A stretch of 64,000 nucleotides of DNA from NCBI GenBank assembly GCA_019309485.1, contig JAFDGC010000001.1, positions 81,772 through 145,771 on the forward strand, given 5' to 3'. Every line of letters starts with the position of its first letter. Within the stretch, counting starts at the first letter, position 1. The notes beneath the pieces were generated by a model. The model had not been told where the DNA came from and ran no database searches. It saw only the letters and a program-made list of their open reading frames with translations. A program made the translations under genes and the position numbers. The stretch comes from Deltaproteobacteria bacterium. Lineage in GTDB: Bacteria > Desulfobacterota > Desulfobacteria > Desulfobacterales > UBA2156. This document shows, in pieces, positions 38,498 to 49,000 of this stretch.

Positions 38498-40714
38498 ATG
38501 TCTAGACTCGTCGCATTCGCCGCCATCCAGGGTGGCTACAACATTGTTTCCAAAGTCGAAGGAAAATACAAAAAGGCGTTGCAGACGTACGACGCCGCCA
38601 CCAAGGTGGGATTCCCCAACACCGCATACTACCTGCCGGTCATCTATTCGCTTTTGGGCATCAAGGTGGAAACCCTTGAAGATATTAAACAACCCTTGGA
38701 TTTCGCCCGGAAACTCCTTCCCCCCCATGTGAAGGGACAAAATCACCTGCCATACCTGGGCCCCCTTCTGGACGCCGGTATGGCGGCCTTGTTCGCCTTC
38801 GAAATCGAAGAGGCCCTGAGGTATCTGGAAGACCCGGACTTCTATCTGCATTCCGAAGAGATCGATGAAGAGGCCGGAAAAATCTGGCTCGGCGCCGCCG
38901 ACGACACCGTGTTCCGGAAGCGCGGCGTGGAATTCGTGGACGGCTCGGCGCCGGGGTTTGCCGCCATGGTGGGGGCGGCTCCGGATCCGGAAACCGCCAA
39001 GATGATCGTGGAAGAATACCAGCGCCGAAGTCTTTATATCTTCTGCGCCGCCAACCAGAACGGCACCACCATTATCGAGCAACTCCTGGAAGCCGGGGTC
39101 CAGGTGGGGTGGAACACCCGCATCGTCCCCTTCGGCCCGGATATCTCGTCGGCCATTTTCGCCCTGGGGTTTGCCAACCGGGCGGCCATGGCCTTCGGCG
39201 GGGTTCAGCCGGGAGATTACAAGCGGATGCTCCTTTACAACAAGAACCGGATCTTTGCCTTCGTGAACGCCCTGGGCGACGTGAACGCCGAATGGGCCGC
39301 GGCGGCAGCGGGCTGCGTCAACTGGGGTTTCCCCACCCTGGCCGACACGGATATCCCCGAAATTCTGCCCACCGGCATCTGCACCTACGAACACGTGGTG
39401 GCCAACGTCCCGCACAATGAAATGGTCCAGCGCTCCGTGGAGGTCCGCGGGCTCAAGACCACGGTGTCCACCATCGACATTCCGTGCGCCTTCGGCCCGG
39501 CCTATGAAGGGGAGCGCGTCCGGGGCGGGGACCTCTACTGCCAGATGGGCGGCGGCAAAACCCAGGCCACGGAACTCGTGAAGATGGCGGAGATGAAGGA
39601 AATCGAGGACGGAAAGGTGAACCTGGTCGGAAAAGACCTTAGCGAAATCAAGGAAGGGGAAAACCTCCCGCTGGGAATCTATGTCCAGATCGCCGGCCGG
39701 AAGATGCAGGTGGACTTCGAACCGATCCTGGAACGCCAGATCCACCACCTCATCAACTATATCCAGGGTGTCATGCATATCGGTCAACGGGACATCGCAT
39801 GGATCCGGGTGAGCAAGGCGGCGGTGGAAAAGGGATTCAGCCTCAAACATATCGGTGTCGTTCTGCACGCCAAGTTCCACCAGGACTTCGGGAGCATCCT
39901 CGACAAAGTGGAAGTCACCCTGTACACCGACAAAAAAGACGTGGATGCGCTCACCAAGCGGGCCCGCCAGGAATACAAGACCCGGGACGAGCGGGTGGAA
40001 AACATGACCGACGAAGCCGTGGAAATCTATTATTCCTGCACCCTGTGCCAGTCCTTCGCGCCCACCCATGTCTGCACCGTGAGCCCGGAACGGACCGGTC
40101 TTTGCGGCGCCTACAACTGGATGGACTGCAAGGCCTCCTACGAGATCAATCCCACCGGCCCGAACCAGCCCATCGAAAAAGGGGAATGCCTGGATCCGGT
40201 GCTTGGGCAGTGGAAGGGGGTCAACGAATTCGTCAAGCAGGCCTCCCGGGGCGCCATCAGCGGATACAACTTCTATTCCGTGGTCAAAGAGCCCATGACC
40301 ACCTGCGGGTGTTGCGAGTGCATCGCGGCGCTGCTGCCCCAGTGCAACGGCGTCATGACGGTGCACCGGGATTATACCGGGGAAACGCCGTGCGGCATGA
40401 AGTTTACGACGCTGGCCGGCGTCATGGGCGGCGGACAGTCTTCGCCCGGATTCGTGGGGCATTCCAAGTTCAACATCACCCAGCGGAAATTCATCAAGGG
40501 CGACGGCGGGCTGCTGCGCCTGGTATGGATGCCCAAGTCCCTCAAGGAAGAGATCAAGGAGCGTCTTATCAAGAGGGGCGAAGAACTCGGCGTTCCCAAC
40601 TTGATTGATATGATCGCGGATGAGACGGTGGGAACCACGGAAGAAGAGATTCTTCCCTTCCTCCAGGAAAAGGGACATCCGGCCCTTTCCATGGATCCGA
40701 TCATCTCCGAGTAA
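38498..40714 (+). CDS. acsB: acetyl-CoA synthase (bacterial type with N-terminal domain)
   Basis: FPNTAYYLP, CTLCQSFAPTHVC, GLCGA and PMTTCGC. Confidence 0.98.
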   Translation: MSRLVAFAAIQGGYNIVSKVEGKYKKALQTYDAATKVGFPNTAYYLPVIYSLLGIKVETLEDIKQPLDFARKLLPPHVKGQNHLPYLGPLLDAGMAALFAFEIEEALRYLEDPDFYLHSEEIDEEAGKIWLGAADDTVFRKRGVEFVDGSAPGFAAMVGAAPDPETAKMIVEEYQRRSLYIFCAANQNGTTIIEQLLEAGVQVGWNTRIVPFGPDISSAIFALGFANRAAMAFGGVQPGDYKRMLLYNKNRIFAFVNALGDVNAEWAAAAAGCVNWGFPTLADTDIPEILPTGICTYEHVVANVPHNEMVQRSVEVRGLKTTVSTIDIPCAFGPAYEGERVRGGDLYCQMGGGKTQATELVKMAEMKEIEDGKVNLVGKDLSEIKEGENLPLGIYVQIAGRKMQVDFEPILERQIHHLINYIQGVMHIGQRDIAWIRVSKAAVEKGFSLKHIGVVLHAKFHQDFGSILDKVEVTLYTDKKDVDALTKRARQEYKTRDERVENMTDEAVEIYYSCTLCQSFAPTHVCTVSPERTGLCGAYNWMDCKASYEINPTGPNQPIEKGECLDPVLGQWKGVNEFVKQASRGAISGYNFYSVVKEPMTTCGCCECIAALLPQCNGVMTVHRDYTGETPCGMKFTTLAGVMGGGQSSPGFVGHSKFNITQRKFIKGDGGLLRLVWMPKSLKEEIKERLIKRGEELGVPNLIDMIADETVGTTEEEILPFLQEKGHPALSMDPIISE

Positions 40715-40724
40715 GTGAAGACAC

Positions 40725-40759
40725 CGCGGCGCGGGACGTCTGAAAACACCCGCGCCGCG
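40725..40759 (+). other. 11-bp GC stem-loop between acsB and acsC
   Basis: CGCGGCGCGGG-13 nt-CCCGCGCCGCG with no U-tract. Confidence 0.7.
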
Positions 40760-40795
40760 ATATCGGAAATCCATCAATCGAACAAGGAGAATAAA

Positions 40796-42136
40796 ATGGC
40801 ATTAACCGGTATTCAGATCTTCAAACTCTTGCCGAAAACCAACTGCAAGGAGTGCGGCGTTCCCACCTGCCTGGCTTTTGCCATGAACCTGGCATCCGGG
40901 AAAGCCGAACTCGACAGTTGCCCCTATGTATCGGAAGAAGCCAGGGCCCAGCTTGCCGAAGCCGCGGCGCCCCCCATCCGGCCGGTGGCCATCGGAAAAG
41001 GGGTTCGCGCATTCACGGTGGGCGGGGAAACGGTCCTTCACCGCCATGAAAAAACCTTTTTCAACAAGCCCGCCCTGGCGGCGCTGGTCAATTCCGATAT
41101 GGACGACAAGGCACTTGCCGCCAAACTCAAGACCTGGAACGCCTTTCAGTTCGAGCGGGTGGGGCTCAATCTGCGCCCGGAACTGGTGGCGTTGAAGGAT
41201 GTCAACGGCGATGCCGCTGCATTCGCCCAAAAAGCCAAGACCATCGCCGAGACCTCGGAATTCAACCTGGTCCTGATGACCGAAGATGCGGCCGTGATGA
41301 AGGCGGGAATCGACGCCTGCGGGTTCAAGCGGCCCCTCATGTACGCCGCCACGGCGGCCAATGTGGAAGATTTCGGGAAACTGGCCATAGAAAACGATCT
41401 GCCCCTGGCGGTGAAGGCCGACAGTATCGAAGACCTCATTCCGCTTACCGACAAACTCACGGAAATGGGGCTAAAAGACCTGGTCCTGGATCCGGGTTCC
41501 CGGGAAATCCAAAAAGCCCTGCATGACCAGGTGGCCATCCGTCGTGCAGCGCTGAAAGACAGCAACCGGAAAGTCGGGTTTCCCACCATTACTTTCCCCT
41601 GTGAAATGGCCTCCAACCTGGATGTGGAGACCCTCATCGCGGGCATGTTCGTGGCCAAATACGGCGGCATTATCGTCCTTTCCGACTTTACCGGGGAATC
41701 GCTGTTCCCGCTCCTTTTGGAACGGCTCAATATCTACACCGATCCCCAGCGCCCCATGACCGTCACCGAAGGCATCTACGAGATCGGAACCCCCGACGAA
41801 AATTCCCCGGTCCTGGTCACCACCAACTTCGCCCTCACTTACTTTATCGTCTCCGGAGAAGTGGAAGGAAGCAAGGTGCCGGCGCGGTTGTTGATCAAGG
41901 ACTCCGAAGGGCTTTCGGTCATGACCGCTTGGGCGGCCGGAAAGTTCGCCGGAGACGACGTGGGGATCTTCGTGAAAAAATGCGGCATCGAGGACAAAAT
42001 CAAACACAAAGAGGTGATTATTCCGGGCTACGCCGCGGCCATTGCCGGAGACATGGAAGAAGAACTCCCCGGCTGGACCGTGACCGTGGGGCCCAGAGAG
42101 GCCGCCCACATCCCCGGCTTCCTCCGGTCCCGATGA
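40796..42136 (+). CDS. acsC: corrinoid iron-sulfur protein large subunit
   Basis: LPKTNCKECGVPTCLAFA..CP, NIYTDPQ.P, TTNFALTY, TAWAAGKF and VGPREA. Confidence 0.98.
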   Translation: MALTGIQIFKLLPKTNCKECGVPTCLAFAMNLASGKAELDSCPYVSEEARAQLAEAAAPPIRPVAIGKGVRAFTVGGETVLHRHEKTFFNKPALAALVNSDMDDKALAAKLKTWNAFQFERVGLNLRPELVALKDVNGDAAAFAQKAKTIAETSEFNLVLMTEDAAVMKAGIDACGFKRPLMYAATAANVEDFGKLAIENDLPLAVKADSIEDLIPLTDKLTEMGLKDLVLDPGSREIQKALHDQVAIRRAALKDSNRKVGFPTITFPCEMASNLDVETLIAGMFVAKYGGIIVLSDFTGESLFPLLLERLNIYTDPQRPMTVTEGIYEIGTPDENSPVLVTTNFALTYFIVSGEVEGSKVPARLLIKDSEGLSVMTAWAAGKFAGDDVGIFVKKCGIEDKIKHKEVIIPGYAAAIAGDMEEELPGWTVTVGPREAAHIPGFLRSR

Positions 42137-42200
42137 CAAAAGGGGGGGCTGGAACCGTGGCAATGAAAAGCCGTCAATGTCTGAACCCAAAGGAGGCGAC

Positions 42201-43082
42201 ATGTTACTGATTGGCGAAAGTTTGAACGTCATATCGAGAAAGATCGGCCGCGCGTTCAAGGAACGGGACCCGAAGCCGATCCAGGAAGAAGCCCTCTTCC
42301 AGAGGGAAAAGGGCATGGATTACATCGATATCAACCTGGGTCCGGCCAAGAAGGACGGTCATGAACTCATGCCGTGGGTGGTCGAAACGGTTCAGGAGGT
42401 CGTAGACGACATCCCCCTGGCCCTCGACACCTCCAACATCGACGCCATCGAAGCGGCCCTGAAGGTCTGCAAGCTTCCACCGCTCATCAATTCCATCATG
42501 GTGCGGCCGGAACGATACGAGCGGATGGTTCCCCTCGCCGCCGAGTACAATGCCGATTTCATCGCCCTCATGTGGGGCCCGGATGGGCTGCCGAGGGATG
42601 AAAACGAACGGGCCGCCCTGTGCGTGGAACTCCTCTACTTTGCCAATGAAGCCGGCATCCCCAATGAAAAGATCTGGGTGGACGGCATCGTTACGCCACT
42701 CAACATCCAGCAGCCGCAACTGATGAGCCTGTTGGCATTTCAGCAGATGCTCCCGGATATCGCCCCCGGGGCCAAGAGCACCTGCGGGCTTTCCAATATT
42801 TCCAACGGACCGCCGGAGCACCTTCGCCCCATATTGAACCAGACCTATATGGTCATGCTGGAAAAGTACGGAATGTATTCGGTCATCTCGGACCCCCGGG
42901 ACGACAAATTGACCGAAATCGCCAAAGGGAAGCGGCCGGATATCGTGGAGCTGATCCATAAGATGATGGACGGCGAAGAGCCCGACATGCAAAGCCTTTC
43001 CAAGGAGATGCAGGATTACGCCAAAACGGTGAACGTCATCCTCGGAAAAACCCTGTATTCGGACTCCTGGCTGGAAATATAG
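42201..43082 (+). CDS. acsE: methyltetrahydrofolate:corrinoid Fe-S protein methyltransferase
   Basis: Pterin-binding barrel motifs LIGESLN, DINLG, LDTSN, INS and GLSNISNG; downstream of acsC. Confidence 0.92.
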   Translation: MLLIGESLNVISRKIGRAFKERDPKPIQEEALFQREKGMDYIDINLGPAKKDGHELMPWVVETVQEVVDDIPLALDTSNIDAIEAALKVCKLPPLINSIMVRPERYERMVPLAAEYNADFIALMWGPDGLPRDENERAALCVELLYFANEAGIPNEKIWVDGIVTPLNIQQPQLMSLLAFQQMLPDIAPGAKSTCGLSNISNGPPEHLRPILNQTYMVMLEKYGMYSVISDPRDDKLTEIAKGKRPDIVELIHKMMDGEEPDMQSLSKEMQDYAKTVNVILGKTLYSDSWLEI

Positions 43083-43092
43083 CCTTTTTTAT

Positions 43093-43232
43093 TTTTAAGG
43101 GTTGGATGCCGGCCCTCAATCGGAGCCGGAGCAGATACACAACATAAGCTTTTTTAGAAAATGGACGGAGCTTCAGACCGCGAAAGAACGGTCGACCCTG
43201 GGCGGTTACGCCGGCATCCGAAACCCTTAAAA
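43093..43232. other. long intergenic inverted repeat (21-bp stem with 2-nt bulge)
   Basis: ttttaagggttggatgccggc pairs with gccggcatcc(ga)aacccttaaaa; inner hairpin gaccg/cggtc. Confidence 0.65.
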
Positions 43233-43240
43233 GAAAGCAA

Positions 43241-43855
43241 ATGCCCCGTATCGACGACTACATCGCCTCCCGCAACCTCGCCGTCGAGGACCTGGCGCGG
43301 GAGTCTTTTTCGGATCTCCGTGACCGCACGGGGTTTTCCCAGTCGTCGGCAAACACCTTCCTTGTCCCCTTCCTGGACCGGGTCTATCATGTGCGTTTTC
43401 CGGATTTTTTCTTTGAAGACCGGGATGCGCCCGAAAAAGAGGTCCCGATTCAGGAGCAGGTATTGATTCTCCATTACATGGCCGGAAGCAAACCGGCGCC
43501 GCCCGAGGGACACTGGATATCGTACCGGGAGATTCCGGGCGCGTCCTTTTACTACAGCGCCTTTCTCAAGCGCGCCGTGGAACCCCTGAAAAACGTCTTC
43601 GGCCACAATACCGGGGGGCTGAAAAAGGCCGCCGGACGCCTCGGCGCCGTCGAAATTCCGGAAGGCGATAACGCCCTGGAGTATTTCCCGTTTCCCAAGG
43701 TCCCCATGAGACTCATTTTATGGGCCGGTGACGACGAATTCGGCCCCGAGGCCAACATTGTTTTTGACCGAAACATCGGATCCATCCTTTCCCCCGAAGA
43801 TGTGGCCTGGATGGCCGGCATGGTGGTCTACCGGCTCATCGCCCTTTCCCGGTGA
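43241..43855 (+). CDS. DUF3786 domain protein
   Basis: EQVLILHY, WISYRE.P.A..Y...F, FPKVP...ILW..D.EF...AN..FD and EDV. Confidence 0.9.
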   Translation: MPRIDDYIASRNLAVEDLARESFSDLRDRTGFSQSSANTFLVPFLDRVYHVRFPDFFFEDRDAPEKEVPIQEQVLILHYMAGSKPAPPEGHWISYREIPGASFYYSAFLKRAVEPLKNVFGHNTGGLKKAAGRLGAVEIPEGDNALEYFPFPKVPMRLILWAGDDEFGPEANIVFDRNIGSILSPEDVAWMAGMVVYRLIALSR

Positions 43856-43906
43856 TCCCCCTTTTTCAAGGCTTTCGACGCGCATAACCGGCGCTTTTCG
43901 ATTTCA

Positions 43907-45043
43907 TCAAGGGCTAGATGCATCATTGTCTTTCCGGTCATTGGCGGGCGTCTCCGGGCGGGAGGATTCCGCATCGATACTCTTGCTTCGCGCCGCCGGC
44001 AAATACTCTTTGAAGGTCTCCCCGTAAATTTCCCATACCGTGATAAAGAGTGCCGCCACGATGGGACCGATCACGAACCCGACGATTCCGAACATGCTGA
44101 TGCCGCCTATGGTCCCCAGGAGAATGAACAGTTCGTGCATCCTCGTGTCTTTACCCACCAGCATGGGCCGCAATATATTGTCCAGGCTTCCCACAAGGGC
44201 GCCGCAGAATACGGCCAGACCGACGGCCCCGAGGACATGTCCCGATGCCCCCCATATGATCGCCGCAGGCACCCATACCATGGGGGAACCGATCACGGGG
44301 ATCACGGACAACACCACCATGATGGTCCCCCAAAACAACGCGCTCGGTATTCCCACCACCCAGAACGCCAAGCCGGCCAATGATCCCTGGAGTACACCGA
44401 TGACCAGGGTCCCTTTGAGCGTCGCCCGGGTCACACTGGTGAATTTGTCGAGGAGCCGGTGTTCATCTTCATCCTTCAGCGGGAGATAAAAGAGGATCTT
44501 TTCAATAAGGCGCCGGCCGTCTTTCAAAAAGAAAAAGAGGGTATACATGAAGATAAAAAAGAGAAACAAAAAATTGACGGTGGAAAAGGTAAAGGACGAA
44601 ACGCTATTCACCAGGACAGAACTTAAACCCGAGACCAACTGTTCGGCTTTTTCAAGGATCACCTCTCGATATTCCAGAATCTTTTCGTGAAAGGGCAGTG
44701 ATTCAAAGACGCTGTTCAAGGTGGACGGCTCTTGCAGCTGTTCCCTTATCCATGGCGTCGCCCGTTGTCCCACCCGGACCGCCTGGGCGGTCACCACCCC
44801 CAGCAGGCCCACAAGCGGAAGAAAAATCAATAAAAATACGCACAGCAGCGTTACGGCCGAAGCAAGAGTGCGCCGTCCTTTGAACCAAGTTACGAACTTC
44901 CGGTAGACGGGTTGGAACAACCCCGAAAAAATTCCGGCCAGCAATACGACCATCAAAAATTGACGGATCATGGTCACAAAAAGGACCGAAACAAAGATCA
45001 GCAATATCAACAAGACGATTTTATTGGCGTGGAGGTGATTCAT
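43907..45043 (-). CDS. AI-2E family transporter
   Basis: Multiple TM segments; FFFLKDG, DNILRP, GG...FG..G..IGP. Confidence 0.92.
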   Translation of the reverse strand: MNHLHANKIVLLILLIFVSVLFVTMIRQFLMVVLLAGIFSGLFQPVYRKFVTWFKGRRTLASAVTLLCVFLLIFLPLVGLLGVVTAQAVRVGQRATPWIREQLQEPSTLNSVFESLPFHEKILEYREVILEKAEQLVSGLSSVLVNSVSSFTFSTVNFLFLFFIFMYTLFFFLKDGRRLIEKILFYLPLKDEDEHRLLDKFTSVTRATLKGTLVIGVLQGSLAGLAFWVVGIPSALFWGTIMVVLSVIPVIGSPMVWVPAAIIWGASGHVLGAVGLAVFCGALVGSLDNILRPMLVGKDTRMHELFILLGTIGGISMFGIVGFVIGPIVAALFITVWEIYGETFKEYLPAARSKSIDAESSRPETPANDRKDNDASSP

Positions 45044-45471
45044 GTCCCTTCCTTTGGAAAATATTGAACCGCAACAGCGAGCGCATTCCCCGCAGCAAGC
45101 TGCGGCGAGACTTCAACATGATGGGCGAGCCGAAACCGGAGTTCTTCCTGAACATACGTGGCCGAACCGAAAAAAAGGGATCCTTCCACTTGAAGGATAT
45201 CCATCTGGCAACATTGCGGGCCCAACGCGGAGGAAACCATCTTCCCCGTCTTCAAGTCCGGGACAATGGATTGAATGCGGGGATGGGCGGTCTTGGCCAG
45301 ATGCAGGGCGATGGAAAGGAACGCCCCCACATAAACGGCGAATTCGATATTGATCCATAATGTGGAGAAGAAGGTGACGGCCACCACGGCCACCGTCAAC
45401 CCGGCCGTCAGATCCGCCTTGAAGAGGATCCGATGGTATCGATGCCCCCATCCTGCCAAGGGCAGCAACAT
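45040..45471 (-). pseudogene. internally deleted SulP/SLC26 transporter
   Basis: N-terminal ADLTAGLTVAVVAV is fused in frame to the last TM and the STAS start (EGSLFFGSA); only 143 aa remain. Confidence 0.8.
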
Positions 45472-45555
45472 TGCGCCACTGGATGTGCATGTTTTCTGCG
45501 GCGATCCTTTCCCGGGTCGAATGAAGCCTTAAGAAACGGATCCGGAAGAGGACGG

Positions 45556-45909
45556 CTATTCCTGCGTCAATGAATCCACAGGATGGCCGGCTTTCCGGTA
45601 ATCCTCCAAGGCCCGGGATTTTAATGTTTTGTCTTTTGTCTTTTCGGCCTGGGTATCCGCCAATTCAGCCGCATGGCTCCACATGCCGGCCCGCTCGTAT
45701 TCCCGGATCTTTTTCTCGGTTTGTTTTACGGCCTCAGGGGTTTCCACCACGAGGCCGAAGCAACGGGAGATGATCTTCTTCACCGGGGCGTCGCACTCGG
45801 GGCAACGCTTTAGAGGCTTGTCTGTCGCCTGTTGCAGGATCTCAAAGGGGCCCCGGCATCGCGAGCATTCTTTTTTCGGATCCACACGCTGGTATTCGTA
45901 GATGGGCAT
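45556..45909 (-). CDS. FmdB-type zinc-ribbon protein
   Basis: MPIYEY..CxxC..FE..CPxC, with a helical C-terminus. Confidence 0.85.
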   Translation of the reverse strand: MPIYEYQRVDPKKECSRCRGPFEILQQATDKPLKRCPECDAPVKKIISRCFGLVVETPEAVKQTEKKIREYERAGMWSHAAELADTQAEKTKDKTLKSRALEDYRKAGHPVDSLTQE

Positions 45910-45940
45910 CGCGGATTTTTTATCCTTTCCTTAAAAAAAG

Positions 45941-45969
45941 ACTATAATCCATGACGATTTCCGGATCAA
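45941..45969 (-). promoter_or_regulatory. sigma70 promoter for the FmdB-like gene
   Basis: TTGATC-17bp-TATAGT. Confidence 0.5.
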
Positions 45970-46021
45970 GAACCTTCGGACTTCAGAGAAAAGGCCGGAA
46001 AGCATCCGAAATGAAACTTCC

Positions 46022-46050
46022 TTGAAAATGTCGGTCCCCGTTGTTATGAT
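46022..46050 (+). promoter_or_regulatory. sigma70 promoter for the dikinase-like/gap-like operon
   Basis: TTGAAA-17bp-TATGAT with an extended TG. Confidence 0.6.
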
Positions 46051-46088
46051 ATTTTACTCACATTTCATTTTTCCTCAAGGAGTGCGGC

Positions 46089-49000
46089 ATGGTGCAATCC
46101 AAAGCCCTGGAAGTCAATTTGGCCGACTACCATGTGGATGTACAAATCGATCCCAAGTACCGGGTCATCCAGGAGATCATGGAGCGGTATTACGGATTGG
46201 CGGAAGGGCTGAACACCTTGCTAAGGGAACTTTCCCATCCTTACCGTAACTGGCATTTCATCGCGAAAGAAGCCCGGACCTATGCCCTGGACTACTTCCA
46301 TGTCTTTAAAAGCCATCCAAAGGGAGATCAAGGGGTACAGCGTTTCGTCGACATTTTTTTCAGCGCCTTGCAACAGGATCGGACCCCGGAGGTTCATCCG
46401 GAGGCCGTGGACAACCTCTTGCTGTATCTGCAAAAGGTCATCAAGGAGTCCGGACCGGCCGTCGAGCGGTTTGCGCCGGTGATTCGAAACGCCTTCAACG
46501 CCATCCGACGGCTCGATGACTCATCCTTTTTTCTGTTCGTTAAAAGTTACTATTCCCTTAAAAAACACGGCGAATTTTTGCTGCGCCATCCCGAGGAAAC
46601 GGTGGGCGACCTCGAGCCGGCATACCTTCTGCTGCATCGTTATTTTGCGCAGACCTATGCCTACTGGTTGAGCGAACCGGATGTGAAAACCCGAGTGGAA
46701 AGAGAGCTCCTGGAGGAGGACCCTCCCCACGATCTGTATCATCTTTTTAACGAAGTTTCCCACGACCGCCTCCGGGACCTCACGCAACGCCTGGAAGCGT
46801 TGAATCGGCCCGGTTCCGGGAATTTCCGGGAAAGGATTCAGCAGCTCCTCACCCTTCCGGGATTCAACCAGATCGTGGAGGTCTACCGGAAAATCCCGGG
46901 ACGCCTCCAGGAAGTCGGCGCCTCCCGGGGGCGCGGGCGTGGATGGAAACTCGTCTTTTTGTTTCAGATCATGAACCTTCCCGGGCTCTCCGATCTGCAT
47001 GAAGAAACCTTGCGGGACATTAACCAAACCGTCGGGCATCTTATCCAGCATGAAAAGGGCTGGAACCTCGAAAAGCTCATCCAACAAACCTTTGTGATCC
47101 TGAAAGACAGCATCGAAAAATACCCCTCCTCCGCCCTCAGCGGCATTTTGAACATGGGAAAAGGGGTTTATCAAACCGAGGACCCGGGACTCATCCGATT
47201 TTTCATCGATTCCGTCATCGACCTGGGATTTCAGACGCCGGGCCTTTCAGGCGTGGGAGACGATTGGCAAATCCGATCCAACAGCGCCCATCTCCTCAAT
47301 ATCCGGACGTGGCTGGAGCTTGTGGAACTCAATCCGAAACGATCCGTTCGACTCCTTTCCTGTCTGGTGATCTATTTATCCCTTTCCGGCGTTTTCATCA
47401 AAGATACGGATCTGTTCCCCCGGGACATCACCCGGCTGTTAAATGCGGACATCGGGCCGGTATACCATCTCGTGAAACAGCTGGCCCGCCTGATGCCCAT
47501 CTTCTTCAACGACATCGGGGCCGAAGGCCCATTGCGGGACATTTCCACGGAAATCGATGAACTGGCACATCGGAAAGATCTGCTGATCCATTTCTTAAGA
47601 AAACAAAGCCACGTGGAAAGCAGCAACCAGATCGTCCAATTCATTCAAGCCGTGTTCCGGTTCTGGGCCACCCGGGACAAAGCGGGCTTGAAGCCCTTCC
47701 TCCCCCCCAGCATCTTTGAACAAATCGAAACCAAGGGGCCGTATATCGATGGATTCCATGAGATTATGGCCGCCCTTGGAAAAGAAGGGGTCGACCGTGT
47801 CGAAAAATTGCTTTCGATAGAGGACGGACAATTGGGAGAACGCCTCCGGCAGATCGATTCTGTAACGGATACCAATCGCCGCCGATTTCGCTTGGCCGTC
47901 GATTTTTACCGTCTTTTGGTTCAAAAATACAGCTTCAATTTCATCGAATTCGATCGATACCTGACGCATCTCAACGATGAGTCCCTCCCGGATATCCATC
48001 GCCTGAAAAACGCTCTGGCCGAAACCAATCTGAAGAAAAAACTCTTCGGTATTTTAAGCTATCTCGAAGGGCTCAAGGGTATCATATTGTCCGAAAAAAC
48101 CTATGAAGCCAAGGAGGATATCTATAAAAAACGCCACTTTACCGTGGACATCCCCTCCACCTACGGCAGCTACCGGGAACCCAAGTTCGATGCCCTGGGT
48201 CTTTCCTTCCGCCTGGAAAGTCTGGTCAACACCCTGTTCGAGGAAATCATCCATCAATTCGATTTCAGTCTCATCACCAAGGCCACCTTCTATCAGATTT
48301 ACGATGTGCTGCTTCTTTTCGAAAAAGCCCTGGAGCTGGACGGCATCTCTTCCCTGGAAATGGAACGCCACCTGGATCTCATCTCCCATTCCCTGGAAGT
48401 GAAAGGCTTCACGTTCACCCAGTACCTGGACATCTTCAAGGGCTTGTCCCAGAGCGTCTCCAATGTGATTCACGATTATTTCAACACCGTCTATGAACAG
48501 GATTTAAACCGGGTCTTATCCCGGCTTTCGACGGATCAGATCCTTCCCAAATACCTGCCCCAAAAACAGGATCCAAACCCGGATAATATGATGCACCGGG
48601 TGTCGGAAATTTTTTTCCGGGACCGCATCGCCCTTTCTCCGGGACTCCCGCAACTGGATCTTTTCATCAGCCGCATATTGAGCACATTGTTTCATCAGGC
48701 CAATCAATTGCCCAAGGACAAGTTGCATCAACTCCTGCTCTACGATCCGGAACGGGCCATGATGGCCATCAACAAGCCTAAAAGTCGTATTTTGGGGGTG
48801 ATTTATCTGGGGAACAAGGGGTTCAACCTGGTCAAGCTGCATAATTTCGGGTTTCCGATCCCCCCGGGATTTATCATCACCACCGAGGCGTTCCGGTTCC
48901 GGGAGGTCATCAACGGGTTCCCGGCGGCCACAAAAAACCTGGAAGAACAACTCCGTCTCCACCTGCGATATTTGCAGCGACTTACGGGGAAAACCTTTGG

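Noticed and set aside
34643-40777. Long minus-strand ORFs (34643-36265, 35761-36288, 38468-40777)
   Set aside because: They are antisense shadows of acsD and acsB with no recognisable motifs.
43093-43232. 6S RNA
   Set aside because: It is too short, lacks a clear central bubble, and is not in the usual zapA/rny/ygfA context.
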